A stretch of 64,000 bases of DNA from Candidatus Nealsonbacteria bacterium (GTDB taxonomy: Bacteria; Patescibacteriota; Minisyncoccia; Minisyncoccales; RBG-13-42-11): NCBI GenBank assembly GCA_026396115.1, contig JAPLXL010000005.1, forward strand, positions 66,967 to 130,966, given 5' to 3'. The notes below the pieces were generated by a model. The model saw only the letters and a list, made by a program, of their open reading frames with translations. It made no database searches and was not told the DNA's origin. Both the position numbers and the translations under genes were made by a program. Shown piece by piece: positions 33,735 through 42,077 of this stretch (position 1 is the first letter of the stretch; every line of letters starts with the position of its first letter).

Positions 33735-34484
33735 ATGATCTTTTTAAAAAATCTACAAAGATATAAAAATGTAATTCATGGAGTATTGGAGAGAAAAGAC
33801 GGTTCAGTCAATCCATTTTCTAATCCTAGGACCGAGGAGAATATTTTAAGGGCTTTAAAGAAGTTGGGATATAAAAATGCTGAGGTTGATAATTTAATTT
33901 TTGCCGATCAAGTTCACGGCAAGAATATTTATTTTTGTCCTCCGGGTGTTGGAGGTTATATCAAACTGCAAACTGACGGATTGATAACCAAGACCTCGGG
34001 TCAAATTTTGGTAATTAAGAGTGCTGATTGTTTACCAATTTTAATTTATGATCCGAAACAAGGGAAAGTGGGAGCAATTCATGCCGGGAGAGAAGGTATC
34101 ACGAAGGGAATTATTGAAATGACTATCAAGGCCTTTGATTCTCAACCATCCTCTTTGATTGTAGGAATTGATCCTCATATTAGAAAGTGCTGTTATTACT
34201 TAAAAAAGGAAAATGAAAATTTAACCCAGGAGTCTGAGCTGAAAAAGTATATTCAAAAGAGGAATGGGAAGTTCTATGTTGATTTAACTCAGGTTGTGAT
34301 TGATAAACTTTCAAAATTTGGGGTTAAAAAAGAGAATATTGAGGATTGCGGTATTTGTACTTTTTGCCAGACCGAGAGATTTTATTCGGCCCGCAAAAGA
34401 GAAAAGCAGCCAGAGATTTATCAAAAAGAAGAAGAACGATTTCCTTGTTTTGGAAGTTTTATTGGATTATTGCCAGAGAATTAA
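33735..34484 (+). CDS. pgeF: YfiH/PgeF (DUF152, laccase-domain) purine nucleoside enzyme / peptidoglycan editing factor
   Basis: FADQVHGKN, VIKSADCLPILIYDP, GAIHAGREG, and C-terminal CGICTFC. Confidence 0.8.
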   Translation: MIFLKNLQRYKNVIHGVLERKDGSVNPFSNPRTEENILRALKKLGYKNAEVDNLIFADQVHGKNIYFCPPGVGGYIKLQTDGLITKTSGQILVIKSADCLPILIYDPKQGKVGAIHAGREGITKGIIEMTIKAFDSQPSSLIVGIDPHIRKCCYYLKKENENLTQESELKKYIQKRNGKFYVDLTQVVIDKLSKFGVKKENIEDCGICTFCQTERFYSARKREKQPEIYQKEEERFPCFGSFIGLLPEN

Positions 34485-34520
34485 AGCAGATGCACAGAAC
34501 AAAATTAAAGAACGGTAAAT

Positions 34521-34546
34521 AATCAAAATTTAGGCCGAAGTTGAGG
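34521..34546 (+). repeat. junction repeat type C
   Basis: AATCAAAATTTAGGCCGAAGTTGAGG. Confidence 0.55.
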
Positions 34547-34610
34547 AAATTTACTAAAATTATGGGAAATTTGCCAAATTTTAACACAAATAAATCACAG
34601 ACAAGAAGGC

Positions 34611-34695
34611 TTGACAAGGGTTTTGGATTTGGTATACTTAAAATAGTTAATCCCACCGCTTTCTCGGTTCGCCGGGACAGCGGTTTTTATTTTTA
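34611..34695 (+). ncRNA. orphan promoter-terminator unit (possible ~50-nt sRNA)
   Basis: TTGACA, 16 nt ending in TGg, TATACT. About 15 nt later comes ACCGCT-tt-CTCGG-ttcg-CCGGG-aca-AGCGGT + TTTTTATTTTT. No ORF. Confidence 0.3.
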
Positions 34696-34823
34696 TGAAA
34701 AAAACATTATGTAGGGATTCCTAAGGGCCAATCGTACGGTCTTTCAAGTGTTGCCGACGATGTTAGATTATTAAGGTCGAAAGAAATAGAACAATTTTTA
34801 CCCGCATCGCTTATATAAAATTG

Positions 34824-34910
34824 AGAGAAAATGGGGTCAACTCTATTTTTAACAAAAAGTCGGAGAATTAATTGAGCCCATCCGACAAGCTCAAGGTAAA
34901 AAATAAAATT
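34824..34910 (+). repeat. junction repeat type D (long form with mini-ORF, plus a 24-nt insertion)
   Basis: aaaATGGGGTCAACTCTATTTTTAACAAAAAGTCGGAGAATTAATTGAg encodes MGSTLFLTKSRRIN*. The same block occurs at 37426-37487. Confidence 0.55.
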
Positions 34911-35315
34911 ATGGAAAGAGAACAAGTCGGTATTATATTTAGGAATAGTAAAGGAGAAATCCTTCTGCAACACAGAGATGAAAAGGCTCCAAGATACCCA
35001 AATTGTTGGGGATTTTTTGGAGGAAGAATAGAAGAAGGAGAAAATCAAGAATTAGCATTAAAAAGAGAGGTAGAGGAAGAATTAAAAATAAAAATAGAAT
35101 CTTATTATTTTTTTAAAAAGTATGACCTGAGGGATGGACAAGGCGATATTCGGGAATATTTTTATATTGCTCCTTTAAATACGGTTATCGAAGATTTAAA
35201 AAAGAATTTAAGTGAGGGAAACGACTTAAAATATTTTTCACTGGGGAAAATAAAGGAATTAAATACCCCAGATTACGAAAAACCTGTTTTTGATGATTTA
35301 TCTAATATCGCTTAA
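34911..35315 (+). CDS. NUDIX hydrolase
   Basis: ATG 34911 follows the type D repeat. Nudix box GFFGGRIEEGENQELALKREVEEELKI. Confidence 0.8.
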   Translation: MEREQVGIIFRNSKGEILLQHRDEKAPRYPNCWGFFGGRIEEGENQELALKREVEEELKIKIESYYFFKKYDLRDGQGDIREYFYIAPLNTVIEDLKKNLSEGNDLKYFSLGKIKELNTPDYEKPVFDDLSNIA

Positions 35316-35341
35316 TTCAAAATTTAGCCCGAAGTTGAAGG
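35314..35341 (+). repeat. junction repeat type C
   Basis: AATTCAAAATTTAGCCCGAAGTTGAAGG, starting at the stop codon. Confidence 0.55.
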
Positions 35342-35412
35342 AAAATTATGAAAAATTTTTAAAAGAAAATAAAATATTTGAAATCAAGGAAATCAAAAAG
35401 TAAAATAAAAAA

Positions 35413-35685
35413 ATGAAAAATCAATTTGAAAAAATTAAAAAAGAGGCGGAAGAGATTAAAAGAGAAGCTAAACAGAGGATAATCGGATATATTGTGGCGG
35501 CTTTTGGTTTGGTGGCCGGTTTGGCTTGGAACGAGGCAATTAAGTCCTTAATAGAATATCTTTTCCCCTTAAGCCGCAATACTCTTTTGTTAAAATTCGT
35601 TTATGCCGCCTTAATAACCTTGGTCTTGGTCTTTATCTCAATTTATTTGGTGAAATTATTTAAAGATTATGAAAAAGAAAAATAA
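35413..35685 (+). CDS. small membrane protein (DUF5654-like)
   Basis: 90 aa. IVAAFGLVAGLAWNEAIKSLIEYLFP plus a second TM. Confidence 0.5.
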   Translation: MKNQFEKIKKEAEEIKREAKQRIIGYIVAAFGLVAGLAWNEAIKSLIEYLFPLSRNTLLLKFVYAALITLVLVFISIYLVKLFKDYEKEK

Positions 35686-35908
35686 ACTAACCTGTAAAAC
35701 GGGGTCAAAGAAAAATATCATCAATAAAGAAGTTTTCGATAGAGAAATTGCTCTTTGTGAAATGTTGGCGAAAAAACACAAAGGAAAATGCGGCTGGGGC
35801 AAATGTAAGGATTGTGGGGTTATTCCATTTTTATATAAATTACACAATGGAGAATTATTAGAAGACCCCATTAAAATAAAGAAAATTAAAAATAAGATTT
35901 TAAAATAA
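35669..35908 (+). CDS. hypothetical Cys-containing small protein
   Basis: 79 aa. KGKCGWGKCKDCGVIPFLYK. Overlaps the upstream gene by 17 nt. Confidence 0.45.
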   Translation: MKKKNKLTCKTGSKKNIINKEVFDREIALCEMLAKKHKGKCGWGKCKDCGVIPFLYKLHNGELLEDPIKIKKIKNKILK

Positions 35909-35912
35909 ATAA

Positions 35913-36485
35913 ATGGAGGAGATTGAGGTTAAATTTTTGAATATTGACCCCGTTTTAATAGAAAAGAAACTGTTTGAATTGGGAGCCAAGAAAATTTTTG
36001 AAAAATTATACAGAAGAAGGGTTTTTGATTACCCCGATTACAGATTGGATAAATCTGGAGCTTGGTTAAGGCTTCGTGACGAAGGAGAAGAAATAACCCT
36101 TACCTTCAAACAAAGACTGGGCATGAAAAAAGGCGGAAATGGCAACGATATAAGCACGGAGGAAACCGGCATTCGGGTTAATGATTTTGATGCTACCGTC
36201 AATCTGCTATTAAAATTGGGCTTTGTGGAAAAGCATTATGTAGAGAACAAAAGAATAAGATATATGCTGGACGATATCGAATTTGATATAGATTTTTATC
36301 CAAAACTCGAACCGTTTATTGAAATCGAAGCTCCTTCATGGAAGAAAATTGATGAGGCGATTAAATTGCTGAACTTTGACCCAAAAGATAAAAAAATATT
36401 TTCCGCAACCCAAATTTATGCTCAAATGGGCATAATCGTCGACGATTACAAAGAAATAACTTTCGAAAGAATAATAAAGAAGTAA
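35913..36485 (+). CDS. CYTH-domain protein (class IV adenylate cyclase / triphosphate tunnel metalloenzyme)
   Basis: EIEVKFL N-terminal ExExK motif, LRLRDEGEEITLTFKQ. Confidence 0.75.
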   Translation: MEEIEVKFLNIDPVLIEKKLFELGAKKIFEKLYRRRVFDYPDYRLDKSGAWLRLRDEGEEITLTFKQRLGMKKGGNGNDISTEETGIRVNDFDATVNLLLKLGFVEKHYVENKRIRYMLDDIEFDIDFYPKLEPFIEIEAPSWKKIDEAIKLLNFDPKDKKIFSATQIYAQMGIIVDDYKEITFERIIKK

Positions 36486-36540
36486 TCAAAATTTAGGTCG
36501 AAGTTGAAAAGTCGCCAAGAAGGCAGTTTTTTGGTAGAAT
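36484..36540 (+). repeat. composite junction repeat C+A
   Basis: AATCAAAATTTAGGTCGAAGTTGAAAAGTCGCCaagaaGGCAGttttttGGTAGAAT. TAGAAT ends 6 nt before ATG 36547. Confidence 0.6.
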
Positions 36541-36546
36541 AAAAAC

Positions 36547-37386
36547 ATGAAAGAAAAAATTAAGCTAGTTTTTAAGACTATCTTTTTAATCGCCATAGTT
36601 TCGACGATAGCGATGTATTGGTATGACCAGTATAATTATTATTTTGGCGAATATTACGAATATACACTTGATTGTCCCTTAGGGAGCAATGTCGCCCTCA
36701 TAAAAATACAGGGAGAAATAGTTACTTACGGGACAGAATTAGTTGATTCAGAAAGCTCAGAGACAGTATCTGAAGATATAACATCGTCGGAAACAGTAGT
36801 TGAATATATAAATCAGATAGAAGGAGACGACTACATGGAGGCAATAATTGTAGAAATAGATTCGTATGGAGGCTCACCAGTAGCCTCTGAGGAGATAATG
36901 AATGCTTTAAAAAGAACTACAAAGCCAACTGTTGCGGTAATAAGAGAAGGTGGGGTTTCCGGGGCTTATCTTATAGCTTCGGGGGCTGATATAATATTTG
37001 CCAGTGAAATGTCAGACATAGGGGGAATCGGAATCACAATGTCTTATCTAGATTACTCTCAACAAAACAAACAAGAGGGCATAATCTATCAACAATTATC
37101 CTTGGGTAAGTTTAAGGATACGGGAGATCCGGATAAAAATTTAACGACTGAAGAAAAAGAGCTTCTTATGAGAGATATAAAGATACTACACGAAGCTTTT
37201 GTAAGAAGAGTGGCTGAAAACAGGGGATTAGATATTGAAAAAGTTGAAAAGTTAGCAGATGGCTCCACGATGTTGGGAATAGCCGCCAAGGAAAACGGGC
37301 TTATTGATGAAATAGGGGATATAAACGACGCAAAAAATTGGCTAAGAGAACAGTTTACGATAGAGCCGGAAATCTGTGTTTATTAA
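36547..37386 (+). CDS. sppA: signal peptide peptidase SppA (36K type, S49)
   Basis: N-terminal TM. IVEIDSYGGSPVASEEI, GVSGAYLIASGADIIFA, LSLGKFKDTGDP. Confidence 0.8.
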   Translation: MKEKIKLVFKTIFLIAIVSTIAMYWYDQYNYYFGEYYEYTLDCPLGSNVALIKIQGEIVTYGTELVDSESSETVSEDITSSETVVEYINQIEGDDYMEAIIVEIDSYGGSPVASEEIMNALKRTTKPTVAVIREGGVSGAYLIASGADIIFASEMSDIGGIGITMSYLDYSQQNKQEGIIYQQLSLGKFKDTGDPDKNLTTEEKELLMRDIKILHEAFVRRVAENRGLDIEKVEKLADGSTMLGIAAKENGLIDEIGDINDAKNWLREQFTIEPEICVY

Positions 37387-37425
37387 AATATAAAACAAAC
37401 TAAGCCGATGAAAGAAAAACAGGCA

Positions 37426-37487
37426 TAAAAAATGGGGTCAACTCTATTTTTAGTAAAAAGTCGGAGAATTAATTGAGAAATAAAAAT
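37426..37487 (+). repeat. junction repeat type D (long form with mini-ORF)
   Basis: aaaaATGGGGTCAACTCTATTTTTAGTAAAAAGTCGGAGAATTAATTGAGAAATAAAAAT encodes MGSTLFLVKSRRIN*. Confidence 0.55.
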
Positions 37488-37841
37488 ATGTCTAAAATGA
37501 CTATAAAAGAAGCTCAAGAAATTGTTGATAAGTGGATTAACACAACCGGGGTGCGATATTTTTCTGAACTCACAAATTTAGCTCAATTGGTTGAGGAAGT
37601 AGGTGAGGTTGCTCGAGTTATATCCAGAACTTATGGTGATCAGAGTTTTAAGAAATCAGAAGAGGGCAAAAAATTAGCTGATGAATTGGCGGATGTGCTT
37701 TTTGTACTTATATGTCTTGCCAACCAAACAGGTGTTGATTTAACAGAAGCACTTCAGAGGAATATTGAGAAAAAGACAAAAAGAGACAAGAATCGGCATC
37801 AAAATAATCCAAAATTAAAAAATCAAAACGTCAAAAATTAA
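37488..37841 (+). CDS. MazG-like nucleotide pyrophosphohydrolase
   Basis: LVEEVGEVARVI, ELADVLFVLICLANQTGVDL. The stop TAA lies inside the next type D repeat. Confidence 0.8.
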   Translation: MSKMTIKEAQEIVDKWINTTGVRYFSELTNLAQLVEEVGEVARVISRTYGDQSFKKSEEGKKLADELADVLFVLICLANQTGVDLTEALQRNIEKKTKRDKNRHQNNPKLKNQNVKN

Positions 37842-37859
37842 TTGAGAAATAATAAAAAT
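37826..37859 (+). repeat. junction repeat type D
   Basis: aaaacgtcaaaAATTAATTGAGAAATAATAAAAAT. Confidence 0.5.
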
Positions 37860-38447
37860 ATGGCAGAAGTTAAAGTTTTAATTGAAGGTTATACAACAGC
37901 CGATTCAGTATCCTCAAGCGGAGAAGAAAAAACATGCCCAACAATTACATTGGTGAGAGACGGAGATATTATTATGGTTGTTGACCCAGGAGTATTAGAA
38001 AATCAAAAAATGTTGGTTGATAAATTAAAAAAAGAAGGCCTAACAATAGATGATGTGAATGTTGTTTGTATAACCCATTCTCACATTGATCATTATAGGA
38101 ATATAGGCATGTTCCCTGAAGCAAAGACATTAGAATATTTTGGTTTATGGGACAGAAACACAGTGGAGGACTGGAAAGAACAATTTACAGAAAACATCCG
38201 GATTATAAAAACGCCGGGTCATAATTATGATTCAATAACTCTTCTTGTTAAAACAGATAATGGTATTGTCGCTATATGTGGAGATGTTTTTTGGAAAGAA
38301 GATTTCCCCAAAGACGATCCTTATGCTTCGGATAAAGAAAAGTTAGAAGAGAGCCGTAAGAAAGTTTTAGAAATGGCAGATTATATAATTCCTGGTCACG
38401 GAAAGATGTTTAAAGTTAAAAATAATCAAAATTTAGACCGAAGCTAA
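37860..38447 (+). CDS. MBL-fold metallo-hydrolase
   Basis: ATG 37860; the track TTG 37842 lies in the repeat. ITHSHIDHYRN, PGHNYDS, GDVFW, PGHG. The last 8 codons are encoded by a type C repeat. Confidence 0.8.
   Translation: MAEVKVLIEGYTTADSVSSSGEEKTCPTITLVRDGDIIMVVDPGVLENQKMLVDKLKKEGLTIDDVNVVCITHSHIDHYRNIGMFPEAKTLEYFGLWDRNTVEDWKEQFTENIRIIKTPGHNYDSITLLVKTDNGIVAICGDVFWKEDFPKDDPYASDKEKLEESRKKVLEMADYIIPGHGKMFKVKNNQNLDRS
38424..38445 (+). repeat. junction repeat type C overlapping a CDS 3' end
   Basis: AATCAAAATTTAGACCGAAGCT encodes NQNLDRS*. Confidence 0.5.
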
Positions 38448-38451
38448 ATTT

Positions 38452-38470
38452 GTTTAGGCTGAGCCTAAAC
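38452..38470 (+). other. 8-bp perfect hairpin
   Basis: GTTTAGGC-tga-GCCTAAAC. No T-run follows. Confidence 0.4.
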
Positions 38471-38520
38471 TTGGAGCCCATTTCAAAGGATAGTCGATTG
38501 AGAGGATTAGTTTCTTTAGA

Positions 38521-38571
38521 TTTGCATAGTTTTGCATACTATTTGCATAGTTTTGATTTTTTTGGTATGAT
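38521..38571 (+). promoter_or_regulatory. three TTTGCATA(G/C) direct repeats overlapping a promoter (candidate operator)
   Basis: Repeats at 38521, 38531 and 38542 (10- and 11-nt spacing). The third provides TTGCAT as the -35. 17-nt spacer ending in TGg, then TATGAT. ATG 38578 is 6 nt downstream. Confidence 0.5.
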
Positions 38572-38577
38572 TATTTT

Positions 38578-39297
38578 ATGGATAAGGAACTTTTAACCAT
38601 TGGCGAAGCCGCTGAATTTCTAGGTGTTTCTATCGATACATTGAGACGCTGGGATAAAAGCGGTAAGTTAGTTGCGACTCGAAAAGAGGGAGGAACGCAC
38701 CGGTATTATTTGAAAGGGGATCTGGCGCTTTTTTCTAGCGACTTATTGAAATTGGCAAAGGATTGGGCTTTTTCCGGAGGAGATATACCTCCAGAGTTTT
38801 ATTGCTCAAATAGCGCGATTTTCCAGGCAAGATTGTTGAGAATGCAGGATGTGCTTATAGCTTCTAAGAAAGCTGATAAGATTTTTTCTCTTATTGTCGC
38901 AGTGACCGGTGAGATCGGTAATAATTCTTATGATCATAATCTTGGTAATTGGCCTGACATGGCTGGAGTATTTTTTGGTTATGATATTAATAAAGGCACC
39001 ATTGTCTTAGCGGATCGGGGATTGGGTATTCTTGGAACATTAAGAAGGGTAAGACCTTCGCTTGCTAATCATCAAGACGCTCTTTTAGTTGCCTTCACAG
39101 AAATGATTTCTGGCCGAGCGCCTGAGAATCGTGGAAATGGTTTAAAGTTTGTTCGTAAGATTATTTCGGAGAACCCCATTGATCTGTTCTTCCAGAGCGG
39201 CGATGCTGAATTAAAAATGAAAGGCAATAATCCAAAGTTGGATATAGGGAAATCCAAGACCAATATTATAGGATGCTTTGCAATTATTAACTTTTAA
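38578..39297 (+). CDS. MerR/excisionase-type HTH fused to GHKL (HATPase_c-like) ATPase domain
   Basis: LLTIGEAAEFLGVSIDTLRRWDKSGKL, then GEIGNNSYDHN (N box-like), DRGLGI and NRGNGLKFV (G boxes). Confidence 0.6.
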   Translation: MDKELLTIGEAAEFLGVSIDTLRRWDKSGKLVATRKEGGTHRYYLKGDLALFSSDLLKLAKDWAFSGGDIPPEFYCSNSAIFQARLLRMQDVLIASKKADKIFSLIVAVTGEIGNNSYDHNLGNWPDMAGVFFGYDINKGTIVLADRGLGILGTLRRVRPSLANHQDALLVAFTEMISGRAPENRGNGLKFVRKIISENPIDLFFQSGDAELKMKGNNPKLDIGKSKTNIIGCFAIINF

Positions 39298-39307
39298 TCT
39301 CAAAAGT

Positions 39308-39577
39308 ATGATTATTGAACTAAAAAAATTTGGGAATACTCTCATATCAAGGCAGGCCGGACGAGAAGCATTTGCCGCATTTCAGCCGACCTTGCGCGAT
39401 GTTAATCCGGCAGAAAAGCTTGAGATAGATTTTGAAGGTGTTTTAACGTTTTCTCCCTCATGGGCGGATGAGTTTCTTACCCCGCTTATAAAAGAATTTG
39501 GCGATCGAGTTATTCTGCGTACTACCGATAATCCTTCTGTAAAGGCAACGTTGGAGATCTTGGAAAAAAGGAATTAA
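39308..39577 (+). CDS. DUF4325 (STAS-like) protein
   Basis: 89 aa. SRQAGREAF...LEIDFEGVLTFSPSWADEFL is typical of the STAS-like DUF4325 partner of GHKL ATPases. The stop lies inside a type D repeat. Confidence 0.6.
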   Translation: MIIELKKFGNTLISRQAGREAFAAFQPTLRDVNPAEKLEIDFEGVLTFSPSWADEFLTPLIKEFGDRVILRTTDNPSVKATLEILEKRN

Positions 39578-39615
39578 TTGAGAAATAAAATTAACTAATC
39601 AATTTTAGCCAAAGC
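39564..39615 (+). repeat. junction repeats D then C (degenerate)
   Basis: aaaaaaggAATTAATTGAGAAATAAAATTaactAATCAATTTTAGCCAAAGC. Confidence 0.45.
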
Positions 39616-39642
39616 ATTTAAAGGAGAAATATAAAACAAGCT

Positions 39643-40395
39643 ATGTTTAAAGCTAAAACAGATAAAATTTTCAAATTATCACAAGAGCATGCCGAAGTTG
39701 TAAAAGAATTAGAAGGAACTTTCGGCAAAAGAACGAATATCTATATTGATTTTGCAAATGTTATCCGTTGGCAGGAAAAACTCAATTGGCATATTGATTT
39801 AAAAAGATTAAAACAATTTTTCGATTCTTTTGATACAATAAATTTAGTTAAATTTTATAGCGGTACATTAGTTGGAAATATAGCATCTGAGAAATTTATA
39901 GAAGAGATAAGAAGTATGAAATACGATGTTCACACAAAACCAGTAAAAATAATGAAATTATCAATTGATGTTTCCAGTATTCCTGCAAATTCACCCGCAC
40001 TGCTTGAAAATTTTATAAGAAAACCGTTATTAAAAGAATTTAATCTTGAGACAATAGAATATTTGAATAAAAAACTTAAAGAATTAAACGATAAAGGCAT
40101 CAAATTTATTCAAGATAAAAAGTGCAATTTTGATGTAGAAATCGGGAGAGATATGCTTATTGACTATGAGAGAAACGACATTGATAATTTTATTTTATGG
40201 AGTGGTGATAGTGATTTTGCGGATCCAGTAAGTCAGCTTTTAAAAGACGGAAAGAAGGTTGTCATTTTCGGCACTGCAAGGAGAATTTCGCCAGAACTTT
40301 CAAATACTGGCGCTCAAATATTTGAAATTAAAAAGATAAAAGAATTTATTTGTTGGCCCAGAGAAAGCCAAAAGGACCCATTGCTGGGCCCTTAA
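39643..40395 (+). CDS. NYN-domain (LabA/PIN-like) putative ribonuclease
   Basis: IYIDFANV, ILWSGDSDFADPVSQLLKDGKKVVIFG. Confidence 0.7.
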   Translation: MFKAKTDKIFKLSQEHAEVVKELEGTFGKRTNIYIDFANVIRWQEKLNWHIDLKRLKQFFDSFDTINLVKFYSGTLVGNIASEKFIEEIRSMKYDVHTKPVKIMKLSIDVSSIPANSPALLENFIRKPLLKEFNLETIEYLNKKLKELNDKGIKFIQDKKCNFDVEIGRDMLIDYERNDIDNFILWSGDSDFADPVSQLLKDGKKVVIFGTARRISPELSNTGAQIFEIKKIKEFICWPRESQKDPLLGP

Positions 40396-40495
40396 GCTTT
40401 AGATTTTTGGTTAATTTTCGTTAACCAATTTTAATATATCAAAATGAATAATGTCTGTCAATAGTGACACATTGTGGATAATTTTCAATTTAAAT

Positions 40496-40511
40496 AATCA
40501 AAATTTAGCCC
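40496..40511 (+). repeat. junction repeat type C (truncated)
   Basis: AATCAAAATTTAGCCC. Confidence 0.4.
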
Positions 40512-40627
40512 ATATTAAAGAAAAAAATTAAGAACGCAAACCGCCCATCGCTGGGCAATTTTTATTTTCGCCCGAGAGTTTTTCCCGGGTTTTTGTTTTG
40601 CGGGCGATAAAGCTATAATAAAATAAT

Positions 40628-42073
40628 ATGAATTCTCTCAAAGATCATCGTACCAATTGGATACACATTTTAATTTGGGTGGTTTTAGTCTCGATCGTTG
40701 GCGGAGGAATTTTAGTTTATACGATGAAGGGACCAGAAAAAGAAGTTAAAGAAAAAAAACCGCCAAGCATTGGTGAATTAGAAAAAGAAGTTTTAGCTAC
40801 CAGCTACAAAAAAGAATATACATATGTGGGTAAACCGGAAGGAATGGTAAAGTTAGTGATAAAGAACAATTTAAATAAAAGCATTTGTTTTGAATCTTGT
40901 AATACTTATTATCCTCTCCAGAAAAAAGATACACGCTGGAAAAATGTTTATGAAAAAGCTTGTGAGATAAACCCTGTTAAAGAATGTATCAGCCCAAATG
41001 AAACTAAAATATTCGAATACGTTACTATTTGGAAAGAAAAGGGAATTTTCAAGTTCGCAGTTCCTGTTTGTGTTGATTGCGAGAACTTGATGAATTCGAG
41101 TTTCCGAGAAGATGGAATAATCTACTCCAACGAATTCACGGTTACAAAATTAAATGTTACAGAAGAAACGAATCTATCGTTAAAGGTTGAAATAGACCAG
41201 AATGACATCTCTTCCTACAGAGATTTTATCGAAAACAACAAGCAATATCAGAAACCAATATCAATGACTGAATTGCGGCGTCAAATTGAGAATGCCAGGG
41301 CCTATCTCGAAACTAATCCTTCGGGCAAGATTACTGATGATTTGAGAGAAAAAATTATTGAGGAATTAAACATAGGCTTTCTATTAGACGGACTTACCGA
41401 GAGAGAATTAGCAGTAACTACCGTTGCTTCGCAAGAGTATGAAGAATATATTGAAAAAGAATTGTTATTTGAAGACCCGCAAGTTGGAACTTTTTCTGCT
41501 CTACTTTTGATTCCTAAAGAGAATAAATCATATCCGGCAATTGTGGGCTTACATGGTCATGGCGATAATAACTATATTTTCAGAGACAAGTATCTTGGTA
41601 AAGAATTGGCAAAAGAAGGATTTGTAGTAATCATGCTTTCATTCAGGGCTATGTTTTGCGATGAAATAGAAAACAATATCAGCGAAGAATTGCTTTCGAA
41701 TAACTTTAGTTTAATGGGGCTGAGAGTTTATGAGACACTACTTCTGATAAAATATCTGAAATACAATGATTTTGTTGATGAGTCCAGGATAGGTATTATG
41801 GGCCATTCCGGCGGCAGTGATACGGCAAATTTAGTTTCAAGAATAAGCCCTGATATCAAGGCAGGAATTTATGATTTTGACACAGATATGCTTAATGTTT
41901 GTGGTGAGAGAGGAATTCATTGCGAAACAAACCCGGGTCTGGGCTATTATAATCCTCAAATAAATGACCGTTCTACATTAGGGTTTCCCTTTCGCATGTT
42001 TGAGTATGGTTATCCTGGCGAAAATGATAAACAGGAAGTAATAGAATTCTTTAAAGAAAAACTAGGGGAATGA
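40628..42073 (+). CDS. membrane-anchored alpha/beta hydrolase (dienelactone hydrolase/esterase-like C-terminus)
   Basis: N-terminal TM. C-terminal HGHGDN and nucleophile elbow GIMGHSGGSD. Confidence 0.55.
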   Translation: MNSLKDHRTNWIHILIWVVLVSIVGGGILVYTMKGPEKEVKEKKPPSIGELEKEVLATSYKKEYTYVGKPEGMVKLVIKNNLNKSICFESCNTYYPLQKKDTRWKNVYEKACEINPVKECISPNETKIFEYVTIWKEKGIFKFAVPVCVDCENLMNSSFREDGIIYSNEFTVTKLNVTEETNLSLKVEIDQNDISSYRDFIENNKQYQKPISMTELRRQIENARAYLETNPSGKITDDLREKIIEELNIGFLLDGLTERELAVTTVASQEYEEYIEKELLFEDPQVGTFSALLLIPKENKSYPAIVGLHGHGDNNYIFRDKYLGKELAKEGFVVIMLSFRAMFCDEIENNISEELLSNNFSLMGLRVYETLLLIKYLKYNDFVDESRIGIMGHSGGSDTANLVSRISPDIKAGIYDFDTDMLNVCGERGIHCETNPGLGYYNPQINDRSTLGFPFRMFEYGYPGENDKQEVIEFFKEKLGE

Positions 42074-42077
42074 AAAT

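Noticed and set aside
34707-35048. Track ORF 34707..35048 (-), 113 aa
   Set aside because: It is antisense to the type D repeat and the NUDIX gene start, and has no RBS. It is the only minus-strand candidate in a strictly + strand region apart from the methyltransferase.
38452-38470. GTTTAGGC-tga-GCCTAAAC as an attC core pair
   Set aside because: It resembles GTTAGGC/GCCTAAC, but it is a single tight 8-bp hairpin with a 3-nt loop. It occurs once and lacks the L boxes and spacing of attC sites.
40540-40610. GC-rich hairpins (GCCCA-tcgc-TGGGC; CGCCCG...CGGGCG) upstream of 40628 as another E element copy
   Set aside because: It shares only the short TTCGCCCGAGAG string with the E family and lacks the GAAGAAGAG...CTCTTC hairpin. 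It is more simply read as a terminator plus a promoter-proximal structure.
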